Source: a virus. From it: a stretch of 64,000 bases of DNA. Below, in pieces: positions 42,541 to 51,959 of the stretch. Each line of letters opens with the position of its first letter. The first letter of the stretch is position 1. Location: positions 80,244 through 144,243 of IMG/VR virus record IMGVR_UViG_3300013099_000017; one strand, given 5' to 3'. Position numbers and translations under genes: made by a program. The notes beneath the pieces are model-generated. The model searched no databases and was not told the origin of the DNA. It saw only the letters and a program-made list of their open reading frames with translations.

Positions 42541-42978
42541 ATGAAAAATCTCTTTGAAGATGGTGAACCAACAAATAGTGTAAGTGCTGGATCAATGGAT
42601 TCACATGAAGCAACTGATGGTAAAAGAAAAAAAGAAAAAACAAAAATAGCAAGGCGTAAAAAAATGAAAAAATATAAAGAATATCAGGAATCATTGAAAG
42701 AAGATCATGTTGATGATGGTTGGGTTCAATATCAATATGAAGATTCAACATCAATGAAAAAAGCAGTTGTTAATTTAAATATTTCACCAGAAGATTATGT
42801 TATGTATCCTGTTGAAAAATATATTGAATTTAAAAAAGAAAGTGATTTGGAAGCAGTTTTAAAAATCATTGACGATCCACATCATCAAAAACCATTCCAT
42901 CCATATCACGAACATGAACATGATGATCATATAAGTGATTATGAATACGATTATGAAGAAGAAGATTTAGAATTATAA
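42541..42978 (+). CDS. Acidic/His-rich protein with internal CTS-like motif
   Basis: MKNLFE and internal MKKYKEYQESLKE. Confidence 0.6.
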   Translation: MKNLFEDGEPTNSVSAGSMDSHEATDGKRKKEKTKIARRKKMKKYKEYQESLKEDHVDDGWVQYQYEDSTSMKKAVVNLNISPEDYVMYPVEKYIEFKKESDLEAVLKIIDDPHHQKPFHPYHEHEHDDHISDYEYDYEEEDLEL

Positions 42979-43001
42979 TATCAAATTAAGGAAGTTAAAC
43001 A

Positions 43002-43424
43002 ATGAGTAAAAATATAAACATAGCACCAAGTTATTGTCCGAAAGCCAAAGCAACTAAACGTGGTTGGGAAGATCCTGAAACTGGTGAATTATTGGTATCC
43101 AATAAAAGTTTGGATTTAGAGTTAATTAATTCTGGTGTTTCATTAAATGATGTTGTTTCAGCAAACGTTGAAACTACCACAAAAGATGAAACCTTATATG
43201 ATGAATTAGTTGAAATGAATAAGGAATTGGAAGAATTAGTTGAAATGAATAAGGAATTGGAAGAAGAACCTGTTGAATTGGCAGAAAAAACCGAAGAAAA
43301 AATTAATTTAAGTACCATGAATAAAACTGAAATCATTGCTTATGCTGAGAATGTTTTAGATTTAGAATTGAGTATGGATGATACTAAAAAAAGTTTAATT
43401 GAACAAATAAAAAACCAAAAGTAA
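43002..43424 (+). CDS. Hypothetical late protein with a perfect 30-nt tandem duplication
   Basis: ELVEMNKELE twice (43203-43262); C-terminal Rho-N-like helical hairpin. Confidence 0.65.
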   Translation: MSKNINIAPSYCPKAKATKRGWEDPETGELLVSNKSLDLELINSGVSLNDVVSANVETTTKDETLYDELVEMNKELEELVEMNKELEEEPVELAEKTEEKINLSTMNKTEIIAYAENVLDLELSMDDTKKSLIEQIKNQK

Positions 43425-43427
43425 AAT

Positions 43428-43781
43428 ATGAATGATAATGATGATTTTGTTCAGTATTGTATAAAAAACTACAAAGCACGTTTTTTCTCACTGGATGAAT
43501 TTAAAAAAGATTTAAGTACCGTAACCAATATTAAAAAAATGTTATCACGGTACTTAACATCCAATAAAATTAATGAAAGACTTGTTTTAAATCATGTAAT
43601 TACACTCAATAATGTATTTGGTGTGGAAGCAACTAATGTTATATTATTCTATAAATTGGAAGATAAATTTTATCCTGCCATTAAATCTATATTAATATTT
43701 CTTAATATATACATTCAGAGCAATCTTACACATAGAATAAAACAAGATGTTAAATTAACCGATTTATTAGAAATATCTTGA
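43428..43781 (+). CDS. Conserved T4-like protein usually upstream of primase (DUF7207-like)
   Basis: EFKKDL..IKK.L.RY..INERLVLNH.I.L.NVFG. Confidence 0.75.
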   Translation: MNDNDDFVQYCIKNYKARFFSLDEFKKDLSTVTNIKKMLSRYLTSNKINERLVLNHVITLNNVFGVEATNVILFYKLEDKFYPAIKSILIFLNIYIQSNLTHRIKQDVKLTDLLEIS

Positions 43782-43806
43782 CATAATATATATATTGTGC
43801 TAAACT
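43778..43806 (+). promoter_or_regulatory. sigma70-type promoter for the primase-RNR block
   Basis: TTGACA-N17-TAAACT. Confidence 0.7.
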
Positions 43807-43842
43807 GGGTCAAATGAAATAAATTCATAATGAGAACGATTA

Positions 43843-44847
43843 ATGGCAGATCCGTACATAGACATGAAGTATATTCGATTGTTATCAACACAATTGAGAA
43901 ATTACAAGGAAAAGAAAAATAATTTAATTAATTTTTCGTGTCCGATATGTGGTGATTCTGAAAAAGATAAGCTCAAAGCAAGAGGTTATATCTATGAAAA
44001 ACAAAACAAATATCAATATAAATGTCATAATTGCAATGTTGGTATGTCTGCTGGAAATTTAATTAAAGCTGTTAATCCGGAATTATGGAAAGAATGGAAA
44101 GCTGAGAAATTTAAAAGTAAATATAAGCCAAAACCAAAATTCAACAATTCATTATTTAAGAATAAACCAAAGATACTTGATTATGTATTAGGTATGGAAT
44201 CTTTAGATAAATTAGATGATGATCATGTTGCTGTTCGTTATGTTAAAAGTAGATTAATACCCAAAGAACAATATCATAGAATTTATTACACGGATAATAT
44301 AAATAAAATTGGTGTTCAATTGGGATATGATGATAAATTTCCTGTTGCTGATATGATTGTATTTGAATTTATCAATATGGATGGGAGAACTACACACATT
44401 CAAGGTCGATATATTGATCCACAATCAAAAGAATTTAGATTTGTTACATTGGATATGATGAAAGATCAACCAAAAATATTTGGTTTAGAAACAATCGATC
44501 CAACTAAAAAAGTATATATTGTTGAAGCACCAATTGACAGTTTATTTTTACCAAACTGTATTGCTTATGCAGGATCAAGCCTAAATACATTTACACCCGA
44601 ATATGATGATTTTACAATCATTTTGGATCGAGAACCTAAAAATTCAGTAATTGTGAAAATTATGATGAAATGTATTGAAAAGGGATTCCCCATTGCTATT
44701 TTACCAAATGATTTAGACGGTAAAGATATTAATGATTATGTGAAGTGGGGATATGATCTCATTCCCTTAAAGGAATTGATTGACAATAATACCTTTCAGG
44801 GAATGAAAGCGAAATTAAAAATGACATTATGGAGAAAAGGAATTTGA
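43843..44847 (+). CDS. T4 gp61-like DNA primase
   Basis: CPICGDS..KARGY..CHNC Zn finger; TOPRIM VEAPIDSLF, ILDREP, KDIND. Confidence 0.95.
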   Translation: MADPYIDMKYIRLLSTQLRNYKEKKNNLINFSCPICGDSEKDKLKARGYIYEKQNKYQYKCHNCNVGMSAGNLIKAVNPELWKEWKAEKFKSKYKPKPKFNNSLFKNKPKILDYVLGMESLDKLDDDHVAVRYVKSRLIPKEQYHRIYYTDNINKIGVQLGYDDKFPVADMIVFEFINMDGRTTHIQGRYIDPQSKEFRFVTLDMMKDQPKIFGLETIDPTKKVYIVEAPIDSLFLPNCIAYAGSSLNTFTPEYDDFTIILDREPKNSVIVKIMMKCIEKGFPIAILPNDLDGKDINDYVKWGYDLIPLKELIDNNTFQGMKAKLKMTLWRKGI

Positions 44848-45464
44848 TAGATTTAAAATTAACACCATCGACTACTACTAATTCATCTTTATGTGATGTA
44901 TTTGGTGGAAATATTGAATTAGGAAATTTGATTGCAAGCGTACAATCTATTAAAATAAAAATAGGTTATGAACTTGAAACTCAAATATGTTCTATTATAA
45001 ATAAAAATAATGAAATTTATAGGCATCATAAAACAACAATAAACAAAACAACAATAGAAGCTGATATTATTGATTGTACAAATAAAAGAATAATTGAAAT
45101 AAAAAATGGTGTAAATTTTGATACAAAAAAAAGTAAAGGGGAACTTAGTTCATTATCAAAATTATATGATTATTATAATCATTTAGATTATAAATGTTAT
45201 TTTGTTTCATGGGATGCAATAACATATGATGCAATTATTTCTGGAATGAAGTTAAAACGAAACGAACAACCAGAAAATATTGAATTCTTAACAGGACAAA
45301 TGTTTGCCGATTTATATGAATTTGATTACACTATCCCTCAAAAAAATATACATAATAAAACACAGGAAAATATACAAATATTTAAGAATTATTTTAATAA
45401 TATTGATTTTACCAAACAAAAACAAACAAAATCATGTAATTGTGAACCAAGGGTATTATTTTGA
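44829..45464 (+). CDS. Putative type II restriction endonuclease (PD-(D/E)xK)
   Basis: EAD..IIEIK..NFDTKK; translationally coupled to an MTase. Confidence 0.55.
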   Translation: MEKRNLIDLKLTPSTTTNSSLCDVFGGNIELGNLIASVQSIKIKIGYELETQICSIINKNNEIYRHHKTTINKTTIEADIIDCTNKRIIEIKNGVNFDTKKSKGELSSLSKLYDYYNHLDYKCYFVSWDAITYDAIISGMKLKRNEQPENIEFLTGQMFADLYEFDYTIPQKNIHNKTQENIQIFKNYFNNIDFTKQKQTKSCNCEPRVLF

Positions 45465-46150
45465 AAAATTCAATTAAAAATATTGATGCTACTATAGGAT
45501 TAAAAAATATACCAAGTTCTTCTGTGGATTTAATTGTTACTGATCCACCATATCCGGTCATATCTGGTGGTCCAGGGGATAAAACATCCCCACAAGGGGT
45601 AATAAAAAGTAATGATGGTAAAATATTTAAACATAATGATATACATATCAAAGAATGGATATATGAATGTTATAGAGTATTAAAACCAAATACACATATA
45701 TATATTATGGTGAATTTTTTAAATTTGTCGGAATATTTAATAGAAATACAAAAAGCAAAATTTAAATTACATAATTTACTTGTATGGAAAAAGAACAATG
45801 TCACACCAAATCGTTGGTACATGAAAAATGCAGAATACACTATATTTGCATATAAAGGTTCAGCTAAAAGAATTAATAATGTTGGTCAAAGTAATACAGT
45901 ACATGAAATAAAAAATATTACTGGCAATAAAGTACATCCTACTGAAAAACCAATAGAATTAATGGATTTATATATTAATAATTCATCAAATAAAAATGAT
46001 TTAGTTTTAGATCCGTTTATGGGGTCGGGTAGTGTTGCACTTTCATGTATTAACAATAAAAGGAATTATATTGGGTTTGAAATAGATAAAGATTATTACA
46101 ATATAATTAATAATAGAATAAAAAATAATATAAACACTAAACTATTTTAA
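45461..46150 (+). CDS. DNA methyltransferase, beta-class N6A/N4C
   Basis: DLIVTDPPY, HPTEKP, VLDPFMGSGS, IGFEID. Confidence 0.93.
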   Translation: MKNSIKNIDATIGLKNIPSSSVDLIVTDPPYPVISGGPGDKTSPQGVIKSNDGKIFKHNDIHIKEWIYECYRVLKPNTHIYIMVNFLNLSEYLIEIQKAKFKLHNLLVWKKNNVTPNRWYMKNAEYTIFAYKGSAKRINNVGQSNTVHEIKNITGNKVHPTEKPIELMDLYINNSSNKNDLVLDPFMGSGSVALSCINNKRNYIGFEIDKDYYNIINNRIKNNINTKLF

Positions 46151-46161
46151 GAAAATATATT

Positions 46162-49100
46162 ATGACAGATGAAACATTTAGATTAATGCATGAAGCAGAA
46201 ATATTACACAAAAGGATTAAAGAGTTAATGGAAAACACAAAATTTCAGGATGAATTCAGTAAAGAAATATGGCAAAGTACATATAAAGATCACAGTGATG
46301 AAAACGTTGATGATACATTTAGACGGGTAGCAACATATGTAGCAAGCGTTGAACCATCATTTGAATTACAATTAGAATGGCAACAAAAGTTTTATGATGC
46401 TTTAACTGATTTCAAAATCACGGCTGGTGGAAGAATTTATTCAAATGCAGGTACAGAGTGGGCTAAAAAGGGGACAGGTTTATTAAATTGTTATGTTGCT
46501 CCAAGAAAAAATAAAGATATTGATAGTCTTAATAATATCTTAGATACGGTTAAAGATCAAAGCAATACATTAAAATCCGAAGGGGGTTGGGGAGAAAATT
46601 TCTCTTATATTAGACCAAGGGGAGGTTTTATTCATGGTGTTGGTGTAGAAACTCCAGGAGCAGTTAAATATATGGAAATATTTGACAAAACTTCTGATGT
46701 TATTACAAGTGGTTCAGGTCGTAAATCAAAAAATAAAAAAGCTAAAGGTAAAATCCGTAAAGGTGCAATGATGGGTGTATTAGATTGCTTATCAGGAAAT
46801 ACATTAATTGATACAATAGATGGTAAAATTGCTATTAAAGATTTAGTTGGAAAAAATCCATATCTATATTGTACTGATGGTAATGGTAATATATTTGTTA
46901 GACAGGCACAATTAGTATGGTCAAAAGGTATTAGAAAAACAATTAAAATAACTATGGATGGTCATGAAACATTAGAATGTACACCAGAACATGAAATAAT
47001 GCTATCAAATGGTTCTTATAAAATGGCAAAAGATTTAACAACTGGTGATAGTTTATCAGTATTAAATCGAAAAATGTATAATAAACAATATATATATTTA
47101 GGTGTATCAGGAAATAGAATTAAAATAGCAGAACATCATGCTACTTATGAAATGAAATATGGTGAATATCCTACATGTACAGGTAAAAAAAGAAAAGGTT
47201 GGATGACATTAGCACATCATAAAGATGAATGTAAATGGAATAATCATCCTGATAATATTGAAAAAATGACATTATCAGATCATGCTAAATTACACGACAA
47301 CATTTTAAGAGAAAATCAAAAAAGAATTTCTAAAGAAAGAAAGGGGAAAAGTTGGGATGAATATTATGGTAAAGAACTAGCAGATCGTATTAAAAAATCA
47401 TCAAATTTCAATCATAAAGTAGTTAAAATTGAAACGCATATTGAACAAGAAGTGTTTGATATTGCTATGCCAGAGTATCATAATTTTGTAGCAAATGGGG
47501 TATTTGTACATAACTGTTGGCATCCAGATATTTTTGAATTTATTACAGCAAAACAAAATGCAGGAAGATTGACCAAATTTAATATGTCAGTAAATTGTAC
47601 AAATGAATTTATGGCAAGAGTAATTGAAATTGAAGATAATGGTTGTGATGAATTTGATACAATTGATATTTGGGATCTTAAATTTCCGGATACCACTTAT
47701 TCAAAATATAGTGATGAATGGGATGGTGATTTAGAATTATGGGAATCTAAGGGATATCCAACTATTATACATGATACCGTTAGTGTTAAGCACTTGTGGA
47801 ACATTATAATGGAATCTACTTATAATCGTGCAGAACCTGGAATTTTGTGGTGTGATCGTGCTAATGAATTTAACCCTGCTTATTATATTGAAAAAATTCG
47901 TGCAACAAATCCATGCGGTGAACAATTTCTTGCTGAGAGTGGTGTATGTGATTTAGCATCATATAACTTAACTCAGTATATTGAAGAAGATTCAAATGGT
48001 GGACATTATTTCAATTTTGAGAAATTTGAAAAATATATTTCCGTTGGTGTAAGATTTTTAGATAATGTTAATACTGTATCAAATTCACCATTACCAGAAT
48101 ATAAAGATTCTATGTTAAATAAACGCAGAATTGGTTTAGGTATTTTAGGGTGGGGATCATTGTTATTCATGTTAAAAATTCGTTTTGGTAGTACGGATGC
48201 TAATACTTTACGTGATAAAATAATGCAAACATTAGCAACTAAATCATATGAATATAGTATTGATTTGGCTATTGAAAAAGGTATGTTTACTTATTGTGAT
48301 CCAATTAAACATGCTGATGGTAAATTTATTCAAAATCTACATTTATCACAAGATTACATGGATAAATTAAGAACTACAGGTATTAGAAATAGTTCATTAT
48401 TATCATGTCAGCCTACCGGAAACACATCTATTTTTGCTAATATTGTGAGTGGCGGGATTGAGCCTGTATTCATGCCAGAATATATCAGAACTGTTATCGT
48501 TAATAGTATGCCCGAAGAAATTTCACATGTTTGTCCAAAATGGTATGAGGGTGAATGGAATGAAACCGATGTGTTTTCATTTACCAAAGAAGGTGATGAA
48601 GAAATTCTTAAAGGTAAAATGAATGGCATCATGTATAAAATTGACAAAAATCGTGGATTAACAAAAGAAGTATTGTGTGAAGATTATGGTGTACGTTGGT
48701 TAAAAGCCCGTGGTGAATATGATCCAACTGCTGATTATATTGTAACTACAACTGAATTAACTGCTGATGATCATTTAAATGATTTAAAAGGATTTGCAAG
48801 ATGGGTAGATAGTGCGTTAAGTAAAACAATTAATTTACCAAATGATTATTCCTTTGAAGATTTTAAAAACGTTTATCTTGATACTTACAAAACGGGATAT
48901 ATTAAAGGTATAACTACTTATCGTGCAGGTACAATGACAACTGTATTGAGTTCAGTTGATGATCAAATAAAAGAAGAAGAAATTATTCTTGATGATGTTA
49001 AAATGCCTGATAGTGCCTCAGCTACAATTAAAACAATTAAAGCCGAAGGTAAAAAATGGTATTTAACGATTGTTTATCATACAGATAGTGATAAACCATT

Positions 49101-49503
49101 TGCATTATTCGTTAAAACAAATTCAAATGAAAAAACAGTTAATGCTAATAATGCTATTGAAGTATTAACAAAATTAGCATATAAAAAAGGTATTCCGGAA
49201 CAACATATTGAAACAACAATATCCAAAATAAATCAAGATAGTAATGCCAGTAAAATTACACGTATTATTTCATTGATGTTAAGACATGGTGTTTTAATTA
49301 AAAACATTGTACTTGCATTGGATACCATTGAAGATGTATATGTTGGTTCATTCTTATTTCAAATTAAGAAATTTTTAAGTTCTTATGTTAAGGATGGGGA
49401 AAAAGTTGAAGGGGCTAAATGTGAGAATTGTGGATCTGATAAGATTGAATTTTCAGAAGGTTGCTTCAAATGTGTGGAATGTGGAAGTTCTAAATGTGGT
49501 TAA
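46162..49503 (+). CDS. nrdJ: Ribonucleotide reductase, class II (NrdJ-like), with intein
   Basis: GRIYSNAG, LLNCYV, TNPCGEQ, CDLAS, QPTG, KTINLP; TSCPD-like C-terminus and Zn ribbon; no ATP cone, no adjacent nrdB. Confidence 0.85.
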   Translation: MTDETFRLMHEAEILHKRIKELMENTKFQDEFSKEIWQSTYKDHSDENVDDTFRRVATYVASVEPSFELQLEWQQKFYDALTDFKITAGGRIYSNAGTEWAKKGTGLLNCYVAPRKNKDIDSLNNILDTVKDQSNTLKSEGGWGENFSYIRPRGGFIHGVGVETPGAVKYMEIFDKTSDVITSGSGRKSKNKKAKGKIRKGAMMGVLDCLSGNTLIDTIDGKIAIKDLVGKNPYLYCTDGNGNIFVRQAQLVWSKGIRKTIKITMDGHETLECTPEHEIMLSNGSYKMAKDLTTGDSLSVLNRKMYNKQYIYLGVSGNRIKIAEHHATYEMKYGEYPTCTGKKRKGWMTLAHHKDECKWNNHPDNIEKMTLSDHAKLHDNILRENQKRISKERKGKSWDEYYGKELADRIKKSSNFNHKVVKIETHIEQEVFDIAMPEYHNFVANGVFVHNCWHPDIFEFITAKQNAGRLTKFNMSVNCTNEFMARVIEIEDNGCDEFDTIDIWDLKFPDTTYSKYSDEWDGDLELWESKGYPTIIHDTVSVKHLWNIIMESTYNRAEPGILWCDRANEFNPAYYIEKIRATNPCGEQFLAESGVCDLASYNLTQYIEEDSNGGHYFNFEKFEKYISVGVRFLDNVNTVSNSPLPEYKDSMLNKRRIGLGILGWGSLLFMLKIRFGSTDANTLRDKIMQTLATKSYEYSIDLAIEKGMFTYCDPIKHADGKFIQNLHLSQDYMDKLRTTGIRNSSLLSCQPTGNTSIFANIVSGGIEPVFMPEYIRTVIVNSMPEEISHVCPKWYEGEWNETDVFSFTKEGDEEILKGKMNGIMYKIDKNRGLTKEVLCEDYGVRWLKARGEYDPTADYIVTTTELTADDHLNDLKGFARWVDSALSKTINLPNDYSFEDFKNVYLDTYKTGYIKGITTYRAGTMTTVLSSVDDQIKEEEIILDDVKMPDSASATIKTIKAEGKKWYLTIVYHTDSDKPFALFVKTNSNEKTVNANNAIEVLTKLAYKKGIPEQHIETTISKINQDSNASKITRIISLMLRHGVLIKNIVLALDTIEDVYVGSFLFQIKKFLSSYVKDGEKVEGAKCENCGSDKIEFSEGCFKCVECGSSKCG
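46786..47514 (+). mobile_element. Intein with HNH homing endonuclease (243 aa)
   Basis: D/CLSGNT start, TPEH block B, FVHN/C end; EHH..HHKDECKWNN.PDN..H. Confidence 0.9.
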
Positions 49504-49536
49504 AAACTAAAACTAAATAATGAGGATTATTATATT

Positions 49537-50166
49537 ATGATAAATTTAAAAGAACAACACGATCAATATTACCAAGATGATAACAATTTGGTTAATCTTA
49601 GAAAGAGTATTGATAGTGTACCAAATAAATATAAAATAGAACAGTATTGCAATAAATTTAAAAGAGACTATACTATGGTCAGAAACAAAATTTTAAGTGA
49701 TGATTGTTTTGCTGATTTTTTTGTACCAATATTAGCAAAACGAAATTTCTTTGAATCAAAAACATTGAAATATTTACAAACTGAATTGGGTTATCCTATG
49801 GTAAAAATGAATCATGTGGGTGATCATGCATTATATTTATCTGATGGTAGAATAGTTTCAAATCCAACAATAAATAGCACCAAATCATTTGATTTTAAAA
49901 TGTTGGAAAAACGATCAACTACTTTTATAGCACATAAGTATATACATGAAAATGGTGGTGCTCAAGATAATCAATTCAATGATCTTAAATACTTTTTAGT
50001 TCAGGCTAATAAATATTTCGATGCTGATCGAGAAGATTTATTTGATAGTAATATTAAATTTATGGCAATTGTCGATGGTGAATATTTCACAAATGAGAGA
50101 ATTGGTGTGTTAAATACATTTAAACGGAAAAATAAAATTATGATAAATCGTCTTAATGATATGTAA
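49537..50166 (+). CDS. Putative restriction endonuclease
   Basis: KSFDF..AHKY..GGAQDNQF pattern; overlaps an MTase gene. Confidence 0.5.
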   Translation: MINLKEQHDQYYQDDNNLVNLRKSIDSVPNKYKIEQYCNKFKRDYTMVRNKILSDDCFADFFVPILAKRNFFESKTLKYLQTELGYPMVKMNHVGDHALYLSDGRIVSNPTINSTKSFDFKMLEKRSTTFIAHKYIHENGGAQDNQFNDLKYFLVQANKYFDADREDLFDSNIKFMAIVDGEYFTNERIGVLNTFKRKNKIMINRLNDM

Positions 50167-51166
50167 TAAAAAACAATTGGGTCAATTTTACACAAAAAAC
50201 GCAGAGTATATTTTAAGGGGTTTTGTTATACCTGCAAATGTTGTTAAAATTGAGCCATTTGTGGGGGATGGTGATTTGGCAAAATGGGGTGATATTGATG
50301 AAGTTTATGATATTGATCCCAAAATAAAAAATGCTATCATACGTGATACGTTAAAGAATCCACCAAAATATAAGGACAAGTATGTAATTACAAATCCACC
50401 ATATTTGGCAAAAAATAAAAATAAAGATAAATCTTTATACAATAAATATAAAGTCGATGATTTATATAAAGCATTCATGATCTCAATGATTGATGGTAGT
50501 GTGTGCGGTGGAATACTTATAATCCCATTAAATTTTTTATGCAGTCAAGATACTGATATTCGTAATCGTTTATTTATGAAATATGATGTAATCAAAATTA
50601 ATATTTTTGAAGAAGCTGTTTTTGATGATACCGATATTCCAGTATGTGCAATTCAATTTATGAGAAAAGAATTGCAAATGTTGGGTAGTTCAACTGAAAC
50701 CGAAACTGAAATAACATCATATCCAAACAATATTACATTTAAACATGTATTTAAAAAATCAGAAAATTGGATGGTTGGTGGTGAGTTATATAACAATAAA
50801 ATTAAATCAAATTATAAGATTGGAAGATTACTTAAAAATGGTAAAGATCATACTAATTTATATTTGTATGCTATTGATGGTGGTTTGCCTGAAAACAGAA
50901 TACGATTAGAATATAGAGATACACCCTTTTATGGTAAAATTTCCGATAGAAGTTTTGCAACAATAACATCAAATATTAAAATTGAAAATGTTGAATATGT
51001 TATTAATTCATTTAATAGAATAATTGAATATTATAGGATTAAATACAATTCGTTGTTTTTAACTAATTTCCGAAATTCAACTAAGCATTATGTGAGAAAA
51101 AGACTTACATTTAAATTGGCATTTAATATTATTCAACATATTTTAAATAAACAGAAATTTTCTTAA
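50156..51166 (+). CDS. DNA N6-adenine methyltransferase, gamma-type order
   Basis: LGQFYT, IEPFVGDG, ITNPPY, IIPLNF. Confidence 0.9.
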   Translation: MICNKKQLGQFYTKNAEYILRGFVIPANVVKIEPFVGDGDLAKWGDIDEVYDIDPKIKNAIIRDTLKNPPKYKDKYVITNPPYLAKNKNKDKSLYNKYKVDDLYKAFMISMIDGSVCGGILIIPLNFLCSQDTDIRNRLFMKYDVIKINIFEEAVFDDTDIPVCAIQFMRKELQMLGSSTETETEITSYPNNITFKHVFKKSENWMVGGELYNNKIKSNYKIGRLLKNGKDHTNLYLYAIDGGLPENRIRLEYRDTPFYGKISDRSFATITSNIKIENVEYVINSFNRIIEYYRIKYNSLFLTNFRNSTKHYVRKRLTFKLAFNIIQHILNKQKFS

Positions 51167-51173
51167 AAAAGTG

Positions 51174-51232
51174 TTGACATCATAATTCTAATAATGTAAA
51201 CTGTTCTTGTGGTCGGGAATTCTTAACCACAA
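51174..51232 (+). promoter_or_regulatory. sigma70 promoter followed by TTGTGGT leader hairpin
   Basis: TTGACA-N17-TAAACT; TTGTGGT 51207 pairs with ACCACAA 51226. Confidence 0.75.
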
Positions 51233-51259
51233 ACCTTTTAATTATTATGGAGAAACATT

Positions 51260-51382
51260 ATGATCTATTTCACAACACGTACACTTGCCCGTACATTTTC
51301 TCAAAAAGCTGATAAATACAAAGTGACCGATAATGGTAAAAATCAGGATGTTGGCAGACGTTGGGGCGTTAAAGTTCTTTGA
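51260..51382 (+). CDS. Small basic protein not in the ORF track (40 aa)
   Basis: GGAGA SD; MIYFTTRTLARTF..RRWGVKVL. Confidence 0.55.
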   Translation: MIYFTTRTLARTFSQKADKYKVTDNGKNQDVGRRWGVKVL

Positions 51383-51435
51383 TTCATATATGATGCATAT
51401 ACCCCCAATATGTAAGCTGTATAATACAATTGGGG

Positions 51436-51539
51436 TATATCCCATTGTGGGTATATACATTTATTCCTATTCATGAGATACTATACTTGTGGTGAGGGGA
51501 TTGTTTCCCAAAAAGATAAAATTCCAAAAGGAAATTCAA
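51436..51539 (+). promoter_or_regulatory. Dyad-box promoter cassette with conserved leader
   Basis: TATATCCCATTGTGGGTATA, TATACA-N17-GATACT, TTGTGGTGAGGGGA..TTCCC, TTCCAAAAGGAA. Confidence 0.85.
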
Positions 51540-51866
51540 ATGTTATATACAAAAAAAGTTGTTGGTTCTACGGTTCATGGTTCATTTGAATTTTTGATTG
51601 TTGCCAATAATGAATGTAAATCAAGATTTAAAAATGGATATTCCAATTGGGATGGTAAAGTTGTCGATGATGGTTTTACTGTAAAATGGAATGATGCTAA
51701 TAATGATTATCATGAAACTTGGGATATAACCCGTAAAAATGCAATTAAAAATGCTATCGTGGAATATTGTTATTCCAAATTCAAATCAGTACAACCCCCA
51801 AAGAAAAATGGTAAACGTGTTAAAATAATTCAGCCTTATGATGGTTTAGAATACACATTATATTAA
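51540..51866 (+). CDS. Hypothetical protein
   Basis: Real start is the ATG after the cassette RBS. Confidence 0.7.
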   Translation: MLYTKKVVGSTVHGSFEFLIVANNECKSRFKNGYSNWDGKVVDDGFTVKWNDANNDYHETWDITRKNAIKNAIVEYCYSKFKSVQPPKKNGKRVKIIQPYDGLEYTLY

Positions 51867-51959
51867 ATGTAAACACTACTTACCATTTTGACCAAATTAA
51901 CTTAAAATGTAAAGAGAGATTAACAATGAAATACCCAAATACGAAAGGGGAACATTAAC

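Noticed and set aside
43002-43424. T4 Inh (prohead protease inhibitor) assignment
   Set aside because: Only a loose resemblance in the C-terminal helical hairpin; not enough to name.
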